A DNA stretch of 64,000 nt from Patescibacteria group bacterium (GTDB lineage: Bacteria; Patescibacteriota; JABMPQ01; JBFLZX01), in assembly GCA_040756075.1 (NCBI GenBank), contig JBFLZX010000001.1, forward strand, positions 28,787 through 92,786. The letters are read 5' to 3'. Positions within the stretch are counted from its first letter, which is position 1; each line of letters starts with the position of its first letter. The notes beneath the pieces are model-generated. The model was not told where the DNA came from, did no database searches, and saw nothing but the letters and a program-made list of their open reading frames with translations. Positions 9,889 through 19,320 of the stretch are shown here, in pieces. The translations under genes and the position numbers were made by a program.

Positions 9889-12069
9889 ATGAAAAAAGTT
9901 TTACTAACTGGTGGAGCTGGTTATTTAGGTTCTATTCTATCAAGAAAACTGATTGAGAAAGGCTATCAAGTAAAATGTTTTGATAAGATGTATTTCGGTG
10001 AAAGTTCTATTAAGCAATTAATACCCCATAAGGATTTTGAATTGATTAATGGCGATATCCAAAAATTAGATGCATATTCTAATCTTTTAGATGGTGTTAA
10101 CGCAGTTATACATTTAGCCGGCCTTGCTAATGATCCGACGGCAGAACTCGATCCCGAGCTCACTCAATTGATAAATTATAGATCATCTTATTTATTGGCT
10201 AAGATGGCTAAAGAAAGAGGGGTTGAGCGTTTTATTTATGCTTCAAGTTGTAGCGTCTACGGGAAGGGGCTGTTGGATGTTGTTAGCGAAGAGACGCCAT
10301 TAAATCCTGTATCGGTTTATGCTGAATCAAAAATGCGTGCCGAAAATGAAATTATAAAGATGGTGGATGAAAAATTTTGCCCTATATTTCTAAGACAGGC
10401 TACCCTTTATGGCGTTTCTTGGCGTATGCGTTTTGATTTAGCAATTAATTTAATGGTTTTACACGCAATTCTTAGTAAAAAAATCTTTATTTGGGGCGGT
10501 GGGACTCAGTGGAGGCCTTTTTTGCACGTTGAAGATGCCGCAGAAGCGTTTATAACTTGTTTAGAGCAACCTAGAGATAATGTTGCTGGAAAAATTTATA
10601 ATGTTGGATCTACGGAGAATAATTATAAAATAATAGATTTAGCAAAAATCGTTCAAGACAACATTAAGGGTGTTCAATTAGACATAATTCCTGACAATCC
10701 GGACAAACGCAGCTATAGAGTTTGTTGTGACAAGATTAGCAAGGAATTGAATTGGCATCCCAGGAGAACAATTGAGGATGGTATAAAGGAGCTAATCGGA
10801 TTTATTGAAAAAAATAAACAAAAAACTAATTTCGAAGATTATTATTATTATAATATTAAGACACTTCAGCGTTTCTTAAAAACACCTGTAATAGAGAATG
10901 GCGATCCGATTAGAGCAGACGAGTTACCGTTTAATAGGCCCAGCATAGGTAAAGAAGAGGAAGAAGAAGTTTTAGATACTCTTCGTTCGGGATGGTTAAC
11001 GACTGGTCCAAAAGTTAATACATTAGAAGAAATGTTTAAAAGATATATTGGAGTTAAGCATGCCGTTTGCGTTAGTTCTTGTACTGCGGCCCTACACCTT
11101 AGCTTAGCCGTTTTAGATATTAAGGATGGAGACGAAGTTATTACTTCGCCAATAACATGGCCGGCTACTGCTAATGTAATAGTTCATGTAGGGGCAACTC
11201 CAGTTTTTGCTGATGTGAATCGCCGCACTCTTAATATTGACCCCCAAGAGATCGAATCAAAAATTACAAAAAAAACGAAGGCGATTATACCGGTACATGT
11301 AGCAGGACAGCCATGTGAAATGGATAAAATCAATCAAATTGCTAAAAAATATAATCTTCATGTAATTGAAGATGCGGCACATGCCATAGGCGCTTTTTAT
11401 AATTCGCAACAAATAGGCACAATTAGTGATTTTACTTGTTTTAGTTTTTATCCGATTAAAAATATAACTACTATTGAAGGAGGGCTCGTAGTTACTAATA
11501 ATAATGAATGGGCGAAAAAATTAAGAATTTATAGTTTGCATGGAGTAACTAATGATGCATGGAATAGATATGCTACTAAATCCAAAGGAATTCATGAGGT
11601 CGTATATCCAGGATTTAAATATAATATGAGCGATATACAAGCTTCTCTTGGAATACACCAGCTGAAGAAACTCAAGACATTTATTAAACAAAGAAAAGAA
11701 ATAATAGAGCAATATAATAATAGTTTTAGTCAGATTGAAGAGATTATTTTTCCCCAACCTATTCATAATATACAACATGCAAATCATCTTTATATTATAA
11801 TATTAGATATTGATAAATTGAAGATTGACAGAGATAGGTTTATTGAAGCCTTAAAGAGCGAAAATATAGGCGTGGGCGTTCATTTTCGTTCATTGCATAT
11901 GCAGCCATACTATAGGAATAGATTTAGTTTTAAAGATGATTATTTTCCTTCAGCAAAGTATCTAAGCGATAGAATCCTTTCATTGCCTTTATACCCTGCC
12001 ATGAATCAACGCGATGTAGATACAGTTATAAAAGCCGTTATAAAACTAGTTAATTACTATAGAAAATGA
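9889..12069 (+). CDS. Fusion: NAD-dependent sugar epimerase/dehydratase (extended SDR) + DegT/DnrJ/EryC1/StrS (ArnB/SpsC-like) PLP aminotransferase
   Basis: N-terminal TGGAGYLGS, ASSCSVYG, YAESK (YxxxK), RMRFDL. From about aa 345: LPFNRPSIG, SGWLTTGPK, SSCTAALHL, IEDAAHA, FSFYPIKNITTIEGG (PLP Lys), GFKYNMSD, LSLPLYP. One continuous frame. Confidence 0.9.
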   Translation: MKKVLLTGGAGYLGSILSRKLIEKGYQVKCFDKMYFGESSIKQLIPHKDFELINGDIQKLDAYSNLLDGVNAVIHLAGLANDPTAELDPELTQLINYRSSYLLAKMAKERGVERFIYASSCSVYGKGLLDVVSEETPLNPVSVYAESKMRAENEIIKMVDEKFCPIFLRQATLYGVSWRMRFDLAINLMVLHAILSKKIFIWGGGTQWRPFLHVEDAAEAFITCLEQPRDNVAGKIYNVGSTENNYKIIDLAKIVQDNIKGVQLDIIPDNPDKRSYRVCCDKISKELNWHPRRTIEDGIKELIGFIEKNKQKTNFEDYYYYNIKTLQRFLKTPVIENGDPIRADELPFNRPSIGKEEEEEVLDTLRSGWLTTGPKVNTLEEMFKRYIGVKHAVCVSSCTAALHLSLAVLDIKDGDEVITSPITWPATANVIVHVGATPVFADVNRRTLNIDPQEIESKITKKTKAIIPVHVAGQPCEMDKINQIAKKYNLHVIEDAAHAIGAFYNSQQIGTISDFTCFSFYPIKNITTIEGGLVVTNNNEWAKKLRIYSLHGVTNDAWNRYATKSKGIHEVVYPGFKYNMSDIQASLGIHQLKKLKTFIKQRKEIIEQYNNSFSQIEEIIFPQPIHNIQHANHLYIIILDIDKLKIDRDRFIEALKSENIGVGVHFRSLHMQPYYRNRFSFKDDYFPSAKYLSDRILSLPLYPAMNQRDVDTVIKAVIKLVNYYRK

Positions 12070-13769
12070 AAAAAGACCCAAGTAAAATACTAATCTTAAT
12101 AATCATCATAGGAGCTATAGTAAGAATTTTAGGCGTAAATTTTGGGCTCCCTTTTATATATCACAATGATGAAAAGATAATTGTGAATTATGCGCTTGCT
12201 TACGGCGCAGGAGACCTGAACCCACATTTCTTTAAGATTCCGCCTTTATTGTCTTATTTTCTATTTTTTCTTTACGGGATTTTTTATATAGCGGGGAAAA
12301 TTTTAGGCATTTTTAATTCTATTAGTGAATTCGGATACCTTTTTTTAAATAATCCAACCAGTTTTTTTATTATTGGTAGATTTTTTGCTGGAGTTATTCC
12401 AGGCATTCTGTCAATTCCCCTGATATTTTATTTAGCAGAAAGAGCATTTTCAAGACGCGTTGCAATATTTGCGTCACTTTTCTTATCGCTTAATTTTTTA
12501 CACGTCAGAGATTCTCACTATATTTATTGCGATATACTCTTAGTTTTTTTTATCCTCCTATTTTTTATATGGCTTTTTAAAATTTTTGAGAAAAATCGAA
12601 CAAGCGACTATTTTGTCACTGCATTAATTATCGGTATAGCTACATCAATAAAATATAACGGAATACTATTATTTATTCCTTTTCTACTTATAATTTTACG
12701 CAATAAAGCCTTTTTTAAAGATAGCAATATAGTTTTGTTTAAAAGATTATTTGGAATAGGGTTATTTTATCCCATCGCTTTATTCTTTAGCAATCCGTAT
12801 ATGTTTCTAGATTATAAATTTTTCTTTAATGATATTTCAAGAATGCCTTTTTATAATCCCGGATTTTTTTATCACTTAAAAGTATCTATTGTTGGAGGAT
12901 GCGGCCTATTAATATTTCTTTTTTCTATAGGCGGCTTTACAATAGCCATTTTTAAGAAACATTTTTTTGCTATTACACTTGGTTTCTTTGGCTTAATTTA
13001 TTATTTTATTGTTGCTAGGCTTAGCCAATCGGCAGAGAGATATATTCTTCCACTTATTCCCGCTATATTATTATTTGCGGCATATTTTCTTGATTACATT
13101 ATTCAGAAAGTAAAAGCAGTTAAAGCGCAATTAATTCTCTCTGTTTTATTTTGTATAATATTACTTACACCTTCTTTGTTTAAAATATATAAATCTGATA
13201 AGCTTTTTACTATGGATGATACGCGTACACAAGCTTATGAATGGATTAAGAAAAACATTCCATTTAATACTAAGATCGCTGTCGATTCAACCGGGTCAAT
13301 ATACCCAGTATTAAGACAATCAAAGGAATTTATTGATATCAATGTAAAAAATTTCAAAAAAGAAAAATTTCGGAAACCAGAAGGTTCTTTAGATTATAAA
13401 ATAGAACTTATAAAAAATAATCCTTATTATGATAATACTTATAGGATTTATTATTTAAAAAAAAGCATAGGCCAAAAAGGATTCTTTTTATCATTCCCTG
13501 AAGTAGAGTTAAATATAGATCAAATCAAGACTAAAGGGATTGAATATATAGTTGTTTCGACTTTACTTATTAGCAATACCGGAAAAAAATTTTTACCAGT
13601 ACTAGAAAAAAATACTAATTTAATTAAAGAATTCTCTCCATATAATAAATCTATTTCTAAATTAATTCCTGATGAGCTTACTGTTTTACCTGCTGCAGCT
13701 TTTACATACCGAGAGTTAAAGGATAGAGACAGGTTTGGTCCAGTAATTAGAATCTATAAGTTTAAGTAG
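12066..13769 (+). CDS. ArnT-like (GT39/GT83) membrane glycosyltransferase
   Basis: FGLPFIYHNDE, DLNPHFFKIPPL, HVRDSHY, KYNG, ERYILPLIP, DTRTQAYEWI; many TMs. Confidence 0.82.
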   Translation: MKKDPSKILILIIIIGAIVRILGVNFGLPFIYHNDEKIIVNYALAYGAGDLNPHFFKIPPLLSYFLFFLYGIFYIAGKILGIFNSISEFGYLFLNNPTSFFIIGRFFAGVIPGILSIPLIFYLAERAFSRRVAIFASLFLSLNFLHVRDSHYIYCDILLVFFILLFFIWLFKIFEKNRTSDYFVTALIIGIATSIKYNGILLFIPFLLIILRNKAFFKDSNIVLFKRLFGIGLFYPIALFFSNPYMFLDYKFFFNDISRMPFYNPGFFYHLKVSIVGGCGLLIFLFSIGGFTIAIFKKHFFAITLGFFGLIYYFIVARLSQSAERYILPLIPAILLFAAYFLDYIIQKVKAVKAQLILSVLFCIILLTPSLFKIYKSDKLFTMDDTRTQAYEWIKKNIPFNTKIAVDSTGSIYPVLRQSKEFIDINVKNFKKEKFRKPEGSLDYKIELIKNNPYYDNTYRIYYLKKSIGQKGFFLSFPEVELNIDQIKTKGIEYIVVSTLLISNTGKKFLPVLEKNTNLIKEFSPYNKSISKLIPDELTVLPAAAFTYRELKDRDRFGPVIRIYKFK

Positions 13770-13782
13770 AAGATATTTGTAA

Positions 13783-14553
13783 ATGTATATTTCCGTAGTT
13801 ATTCCAATATATAATGAAGAGGGCAGCATAAATACTCTTTATAATAGGCTGAGTAGGGTCATGGAAGGCATTCATCTTGAATACGAGATAATTTTTATTG
13901 ACGATGGCTCAAATGATGACTCTTTGAAATTAATAAGATCTATTATAAATAATGATAATAAAGTAAAGGCGATCTCTTTTGATAAAAATTATGGGCAACA
14001 TCCAGCGGTAATAGCTGGTTTTGAAAAAGCGCAAGGTAAATTTATAGTTACGCTTGATGCAGATTTACAGAATCCCCCGGAAGAAATTCCCAAGCTCATT
14101 GATGCGATAAATGACGGATATGATATGGTAAGCGGAATTAGGGTATTGAGAAAGGATAATAATTTTAGACAGTTATCTTCAGCTTGTTCAAATATATTTT
14201 TAAATTTACTGACAAGAAGCCATATCAATGATTACGGAACTATGCTGCGTGTTTTTAAAAAAGAATTTGCAAAAAAGATGAGCATTCATTATAGAAGAAA
14301 TAGGCTTTATATACCAGTATTAATTAATACCCTTACTAATAACATTCTAGAAATTGAGTTAAGCCATGAAAATCGTTTTGCCGGTGAATCAAAATATGCA
14401 TTTTTTAAATTGATAAAGACATTTATTTCTATAGTTATACGGTATCATCGAGGTTTTACAGCATTCCTTAAATTTTTTCATATAATAAAAGAGGACGATG
14501 TGCTTTATAGAGTTAAAGAGCAAATAGAAATACAAAAAAGTAGACATATATAA
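13783..14553 (+). CDS. ArnC-like undecaprenyl-phosphate GT2
   Basis: SVVIPIYNEE, IDDGSND, NYGQHPAVIAGF, TLDADLQNPPEEIPKL, DYGTMLR, RFAGESKY. Lacks the C-terminal TM pair seen in E. coli ArnC. Confidence 0.85.
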   Translation: MYISVVIPIYNEEGSINTLYNRLSRVMEGIHLEYEIIFIDDGSNDDSLKLIRSIINNDNKVKAISFDKNYGQHPAVIAGFEKAQGKFIVTLDADLQNPPEEIPKLIDAINDGYDMVSGIRVLRKDNNFRQLSSACSNIFLNLLTRSHINDYGTMLRVFKKEFAKKMSIHYRRNRLYIPVLINTLTNNILEIELSHENRFAGESKYAFFKLIKTFISIVIRYHRGFTAFLKFFHIIKEDDVLYRVKEQIEIQKSRHI

Positions 14554-14555
14554 AT

Positions 14556-15323
14556 ATGCATAAAAAAACACAATCTACAAAAATAGTTTTGAAAAAAAAT
14601 AAATGGGATAGTTTATTTTTTGGCATAGATATCGCAGACATGTTTTTTCATGGATTTAATTTGCCATCGGAATCAGAAATAAAATTATTATTAGATAGAG
14701 CGTTAAAAAAAGCCTATAATTTTGGTTTTAAATATTTAGTTTTCACGCTTCCCGAAAAATTTATTTTTTTAAGCAGTATCCTTAAGAAACAAGGTTTTAA
14801 GCTTATAGATTTATGTTTTGATTTAAAGTTAGTTATTAATAAAAAGATACCTTTCAAAATATCGTCCGATATCAATATTATTAAAACCTGTATTAGCGAT
14901 ATTCCTTTCATTGAGAGGATAGCGAGTTATTCTTTTAGATTGAGCAGGTTTTATAATCTTAAATTTTCGAATAAAAAATTATCCGACCTTTACCATATTA
15001 TTTGGATTAGAAATTTACTTAAGAGTAGACGGGCTATTTTATTTACGGCTAAATTAGAAGATAGAGTGTGTGGTTTTCTTGCGCTTACATTAAATCGTCA
15101 AGATTGTTCCGGAAGGATAAGCCTTATTGCTACCAAAAAAGATATGCAGGGTATGGGGGTCGGAAATGCATTAGTTTATTATGCTATTAATTGGGCTAGA
15201 AAAAAAAGATTTAAAACGATATATGTAAAAACACAGAAGAATAATCTTAAAGCGCTAAAATTATATAAAAAACATAATTTTAAGATTTTTAATGTAGAAC
15301 GCAAGTATTCTCTTTATTTATGA
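14556..15323 (+). CDS. GNAT N-acetyltransferase, WecD/RffC-like (NDP-amino-sugar acetyltransferase)
   Basis: WDSLFFG, SRF, ISLIA, QGMGVG (AcCoA motif A), VKTQKNN, LYKKHNF. Confidence 0.78.
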   Translation: MHKKTQSTKIVLKKNKWDSLFFGIDIADMFFHGFNLPSESEIKLLLDRALKKAYNFGFKYLVFTLPEKFIFLSSILKKQGFKLIDLCFDLKLVINKKIPFKISSDINIIKTCISDIPFIERIASYSFRLSRFYNLKFSNKKLSDLYHIIWIRNLLKSRRAILFTAKLEDRVCGFLALTLNRQDCSGRISLIATKKDMQGMGVGNALVYYAINWARKKRFKTIYVKTQKNNLKALKLYKKHNFKIFNVERKYSLYL

Positions 15324-16993
15324 TAATGAAAAAATTGATTTTAATATCTTTTTTTATTTTATTTACTATTTTATGTATAGGGACCATTCTTCAAACTTCT
15401 CCTATATGCGATGAAGTCGCGCATCATTTAGCCAGCGGATATTCCTATTTAAAGACAAAAGATTTCAGGATGAATCCAGCCACACCTGCATTTTCAAGGG
15501 AATTAATTGCTGCGTCGCTTTTAGTCCTTAATTTAAGGTTGCCAACGGATCATCCTTCTTGGATTAATAATGATAGCCCTATATTTGGAAGGCTTTTTTT
15601 ATATGAATACAATGATAATCCTGAAAGAATAGTTTTGTTGGCCCGTTTGTCTGTTATGCTTCAATCTATTATTCTTGCATTTTTGGTTTACGTTTGGGCC
15701 AGAAAGGTACACGGTGTAAACGCTGCCGTATTTTCCGTTTTTCTATACTTGTTTTCTCCTGCAATCATAGGAAATTCTACTATAGCTATGGCAGATATCT
15801 CTGTAAGCCTTTTTATATTCTTAACGATTTTTCAGTTTTGGCTTTTTTTACAAAAGAAAACTATAGCTGGCTTAATTTTTACAGGAATATTTTTTGGATT
15901 AGCACAGTCTTCTAAGCATACTGCAATAATACTATTTCCGCTTTTTATTATTTTAGGAATAGTCTATGCTATGAATTCAAGTAATAACAAGGGAGATATG
16001 TTATGGGATATGTGGAAAAAAATAGTTTTAATATGGGGGATTGGTTTTTTTACGTTATGGGCAACTTATTTTTTTGAATTCAAGCCATTGCTTTTAAATG
16101 TTAGTGATATAAACGAAAAAGTAGTATATATTCAGAGATTCTTATCATCGATACCTTTTTTAGACCATAAATATATTATAGATAAAGTAATTTATTTTGC
16201 TAAAAATGTTCCTATTCCGCTGAGCTCTTTTTTTATTTCATTATTTGGAGTATTACATCAATCAAGTATTGGGCAAGGCGTATTCTTTATGGGAGAGCAT
16301 ACTATCAGCGGATCAAGGATTTATTATATCGTCGATTATTTAATAAAGACTCCTATACCACTTTTAATTTTTATTATTCTTTCGATCTTTTTAACACTAT
16401 TTAAGAGGCTATTTAAAACAAAAATCTTAACAAATTGGTTTATTATTTTGCCGATATTTCTTATTTTTGTCGCGTCATCATATTCAAAAATCCAAGGAGG
16501 AATAAGATATCTTTTGCCGATATATCCTTTTCTATTTGTATGGCTAGGAAATATCATAACCGTTAAATTCAACCCATTTAGAAATTTATTTTATAAAATC
16601 ATTATTTTAATAATATGTTTATGGTATTTTTGGATTGCATTAAAGACATTTCCGGATTATCTATGTTATTTTAATGAAGCTGTAGGTGGATTAAATGGCT
16701 TCGGTCATAAAATAACACATGATTGTGATTGGGGGCAAGATCTTAAAGCGCTTGGTAAATTTTATAAAAAAAATGATCTTAATGAAATTACGCTTTCCTA
16801 TTTTGGTACGGCAGACCCATCTTTTTACGGAATTAATTATAAAGAGTTATCTAAGGAAGAGCAAGACGTACCGGGAAAGAAAGTTTATGCGATAAGCATA
16901 CGTTTTCTTGATTCTGCGAAATGGACAAGAAATATTCCGCCATCTGCAAAAGCAGGCCATTCTATATTCATTTATGACTTTAGAGTTAATTGA
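15320..16993 (+). CDS. ArnT/PMT-like (GT39/GT83) membrane glycosyltransferase
   Basis: SPICDEVAHHLASGYSY, RMNPATP, ARLSV, KTPIP, GIRYLLPIYP, YFNE, DCDWGQDL; multi-TM. Confidence 0.82.
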   Translation: MIMKKLILISFFILFTILCIGTILQTSPICDEVAHHLASGYSYLKTKDFRMNPATPAFSRELIAASLLVLNLRLPTDHPSWINNDSPIFGRLFLYEYNDNPERIVLLARLSVMLQSIILAFLVYVWARKVHGVNAAVFSVFLYLFSPAIIGNSTIAMADISVSLFIFLTIFQFWLFLQKKTIAGLIFTGIFFGLAQSSKHTAIILFPLFIILGIVYAMNSSNNKGDMLWDMWKKIVLIWGIGFFTLWATYFFEFKPLLLNVSDINEKVVYIQRFLSSIPFLDHKYIIDKVIYFAKNVPIPLSSFFISLFGVLHQSSIGQGVFFMGEHTISGSRIYYIVDYLIKTPIPLLIFIILSIFLTLFKRLFKTKILTNWFIILPIFLIFVASSYSKIQGGIRYLLPIYPFLFVWLGNIITVKFNPFRNLFYKIIILIICLWYFWIALKTFPDYLCYFNEAVGGLNGFGHKITHDCDWGQDLKALGKFYKKNDLNEITLSYFGTADPSFYGINYKELSKEEQDVPGKKVYAISIRFLDSAKWTRNIPPSAKAGHSIFIYDFRVN

Positions 16994-17041
16994 GGTTATT
17001 TCATTTAGTTAGCTGAAGTATAATAATTATTAGTTTAAGTT

Positions 17042-17100
17042 GTTATGATGCTAATAATAGTTAATGATAGCTAAATATAGTTATTGACAATTGATAAGCA
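17042..17100 (+). repeat. Imperfect 10-bp phased tandem direct repeats (consensus ~YTAATRATAG) overlapping the -35 element
   Basis: Consecutive 10-mers ctaataatag (17051), ttaatgatag (17061), ctaaatatag (17071), ttattgacaa (17081), ttgataagca (17091), preceded by gttatgatg (17042). Confidence 0.55.
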
Positions 17101-17111
17101 TATGGTATACT
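17084..17111 (+). promoter_or_regulatory. Sigma70-type promoter (-35 TTGACA, extended -10 TGnTATACT)
   Basis: TTGACA at 17084-17089, 16-bp spacer containing TG at 17103-17104, TATACT at 17106-17111. It lies in the largest intergenic gap (16994-17164), about 50 bp before ATG 17165. Confidence 0.75.
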
Positions 17112-17164
17112 TATAACATATATTCTCCAAGTATTTTCTTAGTTAATATATAATTATTTTATAT

Positions 17165-19318
17165 ATGAATAATATAAAAAATATAATATTTCTTTCTATT
17201 GATGCACTGCGTTTTGATATGTTAAGATATGCAGGTGGCTACCAATTAAATACTACGCCTTCCATCGACTTTCTATGCAAAAATGGCATATATTGTGCTA
17301 ATGCATTTACTCCGGGAAATCCTACTCAGTTCGGATTTCCTTCTATATTTACCTCAACTATGCCTTTAGATTTTGGTTCATATAATGAAGGGATAAAGAA
17401 TAGGCCTATTTCTTTCCCCGAGATTCTTAAGAAAAAAGGTATTAAGACATGTGGCATGACTAATAATGTGAATATAAATAATTTCTTTTATTATGACCGC
17501 GGGTTTGATGAATTCTATGAATTTTTTGATATTGAACTCTTTTGGAATAGTATGAAGAAGAATTATTTTTATTACTACCGAGAATTGTATAAAAAAAATA
17601 TAATTAATAAACAAGCTTATTATGAGATATTAAGATTCTGGTTAAAAAAATGTTTTTTATATATGATGGATTTTTGTAATAAGAGAGATAATGCAATAGA
17701 AATCCAGTGTGATTATATTGCAGAATGGCACGATTATGAAATCCTCAAAAAAGCAATCTCAAGCAAAATTAAAAATTTAATAAATAATTTCGGGAATTAC
17801 CATAATGATAATTTCGATGATCTCTTAAATAAAAATTTATATGATTTTCTCGGTATTGTATCAACTAAGCCCGCAATAGGTAAGTTTATTAATCATATTG
17901 ATAAGAATATTGCAAAATTATTAAAGAATATTTATATCCAATTTGATGAAAGGTATTCGAGAAAGATTAAAGGAGATAAAATTGCAAAGAATATTATTAA
18001 TTGGATAGATAAAAATTCAATTAATCCATTTTTTATTTGGGCGCATTTTATGGATTTGCATGATGAAAATTATATATCAAAATCTTTTGGTTTACCCCAC
18101 AAGCTCGCTTCTTTTATAGCAAAAAGAATTTTTTTACGGGATACTTATAGAGGAAACCTGCGTTATGATTTTTCTCTAAACTTTGTAGATAGGGCGGTAG
18201 GTTGTATTATTAAGTATTTAAGAAATAAGGATCTTTTGGATAGTTCTTTAATAGTCATCTGTGGAGATCATGGGCATAGGACGGGTAAGCCTTATAGGAA
18301 AGGTTCTTCCGCCGCCGCTTTCTATGAAGAGGATATAAAAGTACCCTTAATATTTTATAACCCTAAATTCAGACCAAAGAGAATTGAAGATCTTTGTTGT
18401 TTAAGAGATATAGCTCCTAGTATTTTTTCATTTCTAGGTATTGAACAAGTGGCTGAATTTGAAGGAAAATCTGTCATTGATAGATCTGTTAAAGAGAGAG
18501 ATTATGTTATATTGGAAAATAACTTTAGAGGGCCTTGCGATTTCGACAATAAGCCCATATATCTTGCCGTCAGAACAGATAAATATAAGTATGTGCATCG
18601 CGAATCGATTAGTTTTAACGATCCATGGTCAAAGCATAAACAAGAGTTATATAATCTTAATGATGATCCAAAAGAATATAATAATTTATACGATCATCCC
18701 GAATACGTTAATGTTTTAAATAAGTTAGAAAAAATAGCAGTACAGAGAATTCAGGACATAAGATCATCGCATGGTAAGAATAATTTAGGGCATACCGATG
18801 GCAAAGGTTTTGTTTTATGGTTAACAGGATTATCTGGATCAGGGAAAACTACATACGCAAATAGGCTTTATACGCTTTTTGGCATTAAAAATTTTAAGAT
18901 ATTGGATGGAGATGAATTTAGGCAAATGTTTAGTGCAGATTTAGGTTATACATATGAAGATAGAATTTTGAATATCAAGCGAATTGCTTATTATGCGCAT
19001 ATTATATCGAGCTTAGGAATAAATGTCATAGTTGCTAATATAGCACCTTTTTATGAGGCCCGGGATTTTATAAGGCAGAATATTCATAATTATATTCAGG
19101 TTTATCTTAAAGCCGATATAGAGGTATTAAAGATTAGGGACCCTAAAGGATTATATGCTAGATCGAAAGCAAGAAAAATCGGAAATGTTATCGGGATACA
19201 TGAGCCATATCAAGAACCAAGAACTCCTGATGTCGTTATTGATACAGGACAGGAGAGCGTCGAGGATGGCGTTCAGAAAATAATTACTTATCTACGCAAT
19301 AAAAAGATAATTCAATAG
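17165..19318 (+). CDS. Fusion: sulfatase/alkaline-phosphatase-superfamily domain + adenylyl-sulfate (APS) kinase (CysC-like)
   Basis: N-terminal LSIDALRFD, GNPTQFGFPSIFTS, WAHFMDLH, CGDHG, YEEDIKVPLI, ELYNLNDDPKEYNNL. C-terminal WLTGLSGSGKTT, LDGDEFR, LGYTYEDR, RDPKGLY, GIHEPYQEP. Confidence 0.88.
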   Translation: MNNIKNIIFLSIDALRFDMLRYAGGYQLNTTPSIDFLCKNGIYCANAFTPGNPTQFGFPSIFTSTMPLDFGSYNEGIKNRPISFPEILKKKGIKTCGMTNNVNINNFFYYDRGFDEFYEFFDIELFWNSMKKNYFYYYRELYKKNIINKQAYYEILRFWLKKCFLYMMDFCNKRDNAIEIQCDYIAEWHDYEILKKAISSKIKNLINNFGNYHNDNFDDLLNKNLYDFLGIVSTKPAIGKFINHIDKNIAKLLKNIYIQFDERYSRKIKGDKIAKNIINWIDKNSINPFFIWAHFMDLHDENYISKSFGLPHKLASFIAKRIFLRDTYRGNLRYDFSLNFVDRAVGCIIKYLRNKDLLDSSLIVICGDHGHRTGKPYRKGSSAAAFYEEDIKVPLIFYNPKFRPKRIEDLCCLRDIAPSIFSFLGIEQVAEFEGKSVIDRSVKERDYVILENNFRGPCDFDNKPIYLAVRTDKYKYVHRESISFNDPWSKHKQELYNLNDDPKEYNNLYDHPEYVNVLNKLEKIAVQRIQDIRSSHGKNNLGHTDGKGFVLWLTGLSGSGKTTYANRLYTLFGIKNFKILDGDEFRQMFSADLGYTYEDRILNIKRIAYYAHIISSLGINVIVANIAPFYEARDFIRQNIHNYIQVYLKADIEVLKIRDPKGLYARSKARKIGNVIGIHEPYQEPRTPDVVIDTGQESVEDGVQKIITYLRNKKIIQ

Positions 19319-19320
19319 TT

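Noticed and set aside
18193-18204. Exact match to the RfaH ops consensus GGCGGTAGnnTG (ggcggtaggttg)
   Set aside because: It lies about 1 kb inside a CDS (codons R-A-V-G-C), not in a 5' leader, with no JUMPstart context. ops is an enterobacterial-type element and no RfaH gene is seen. Worth revisiting only if the genome encodes an RfaH-like factor.
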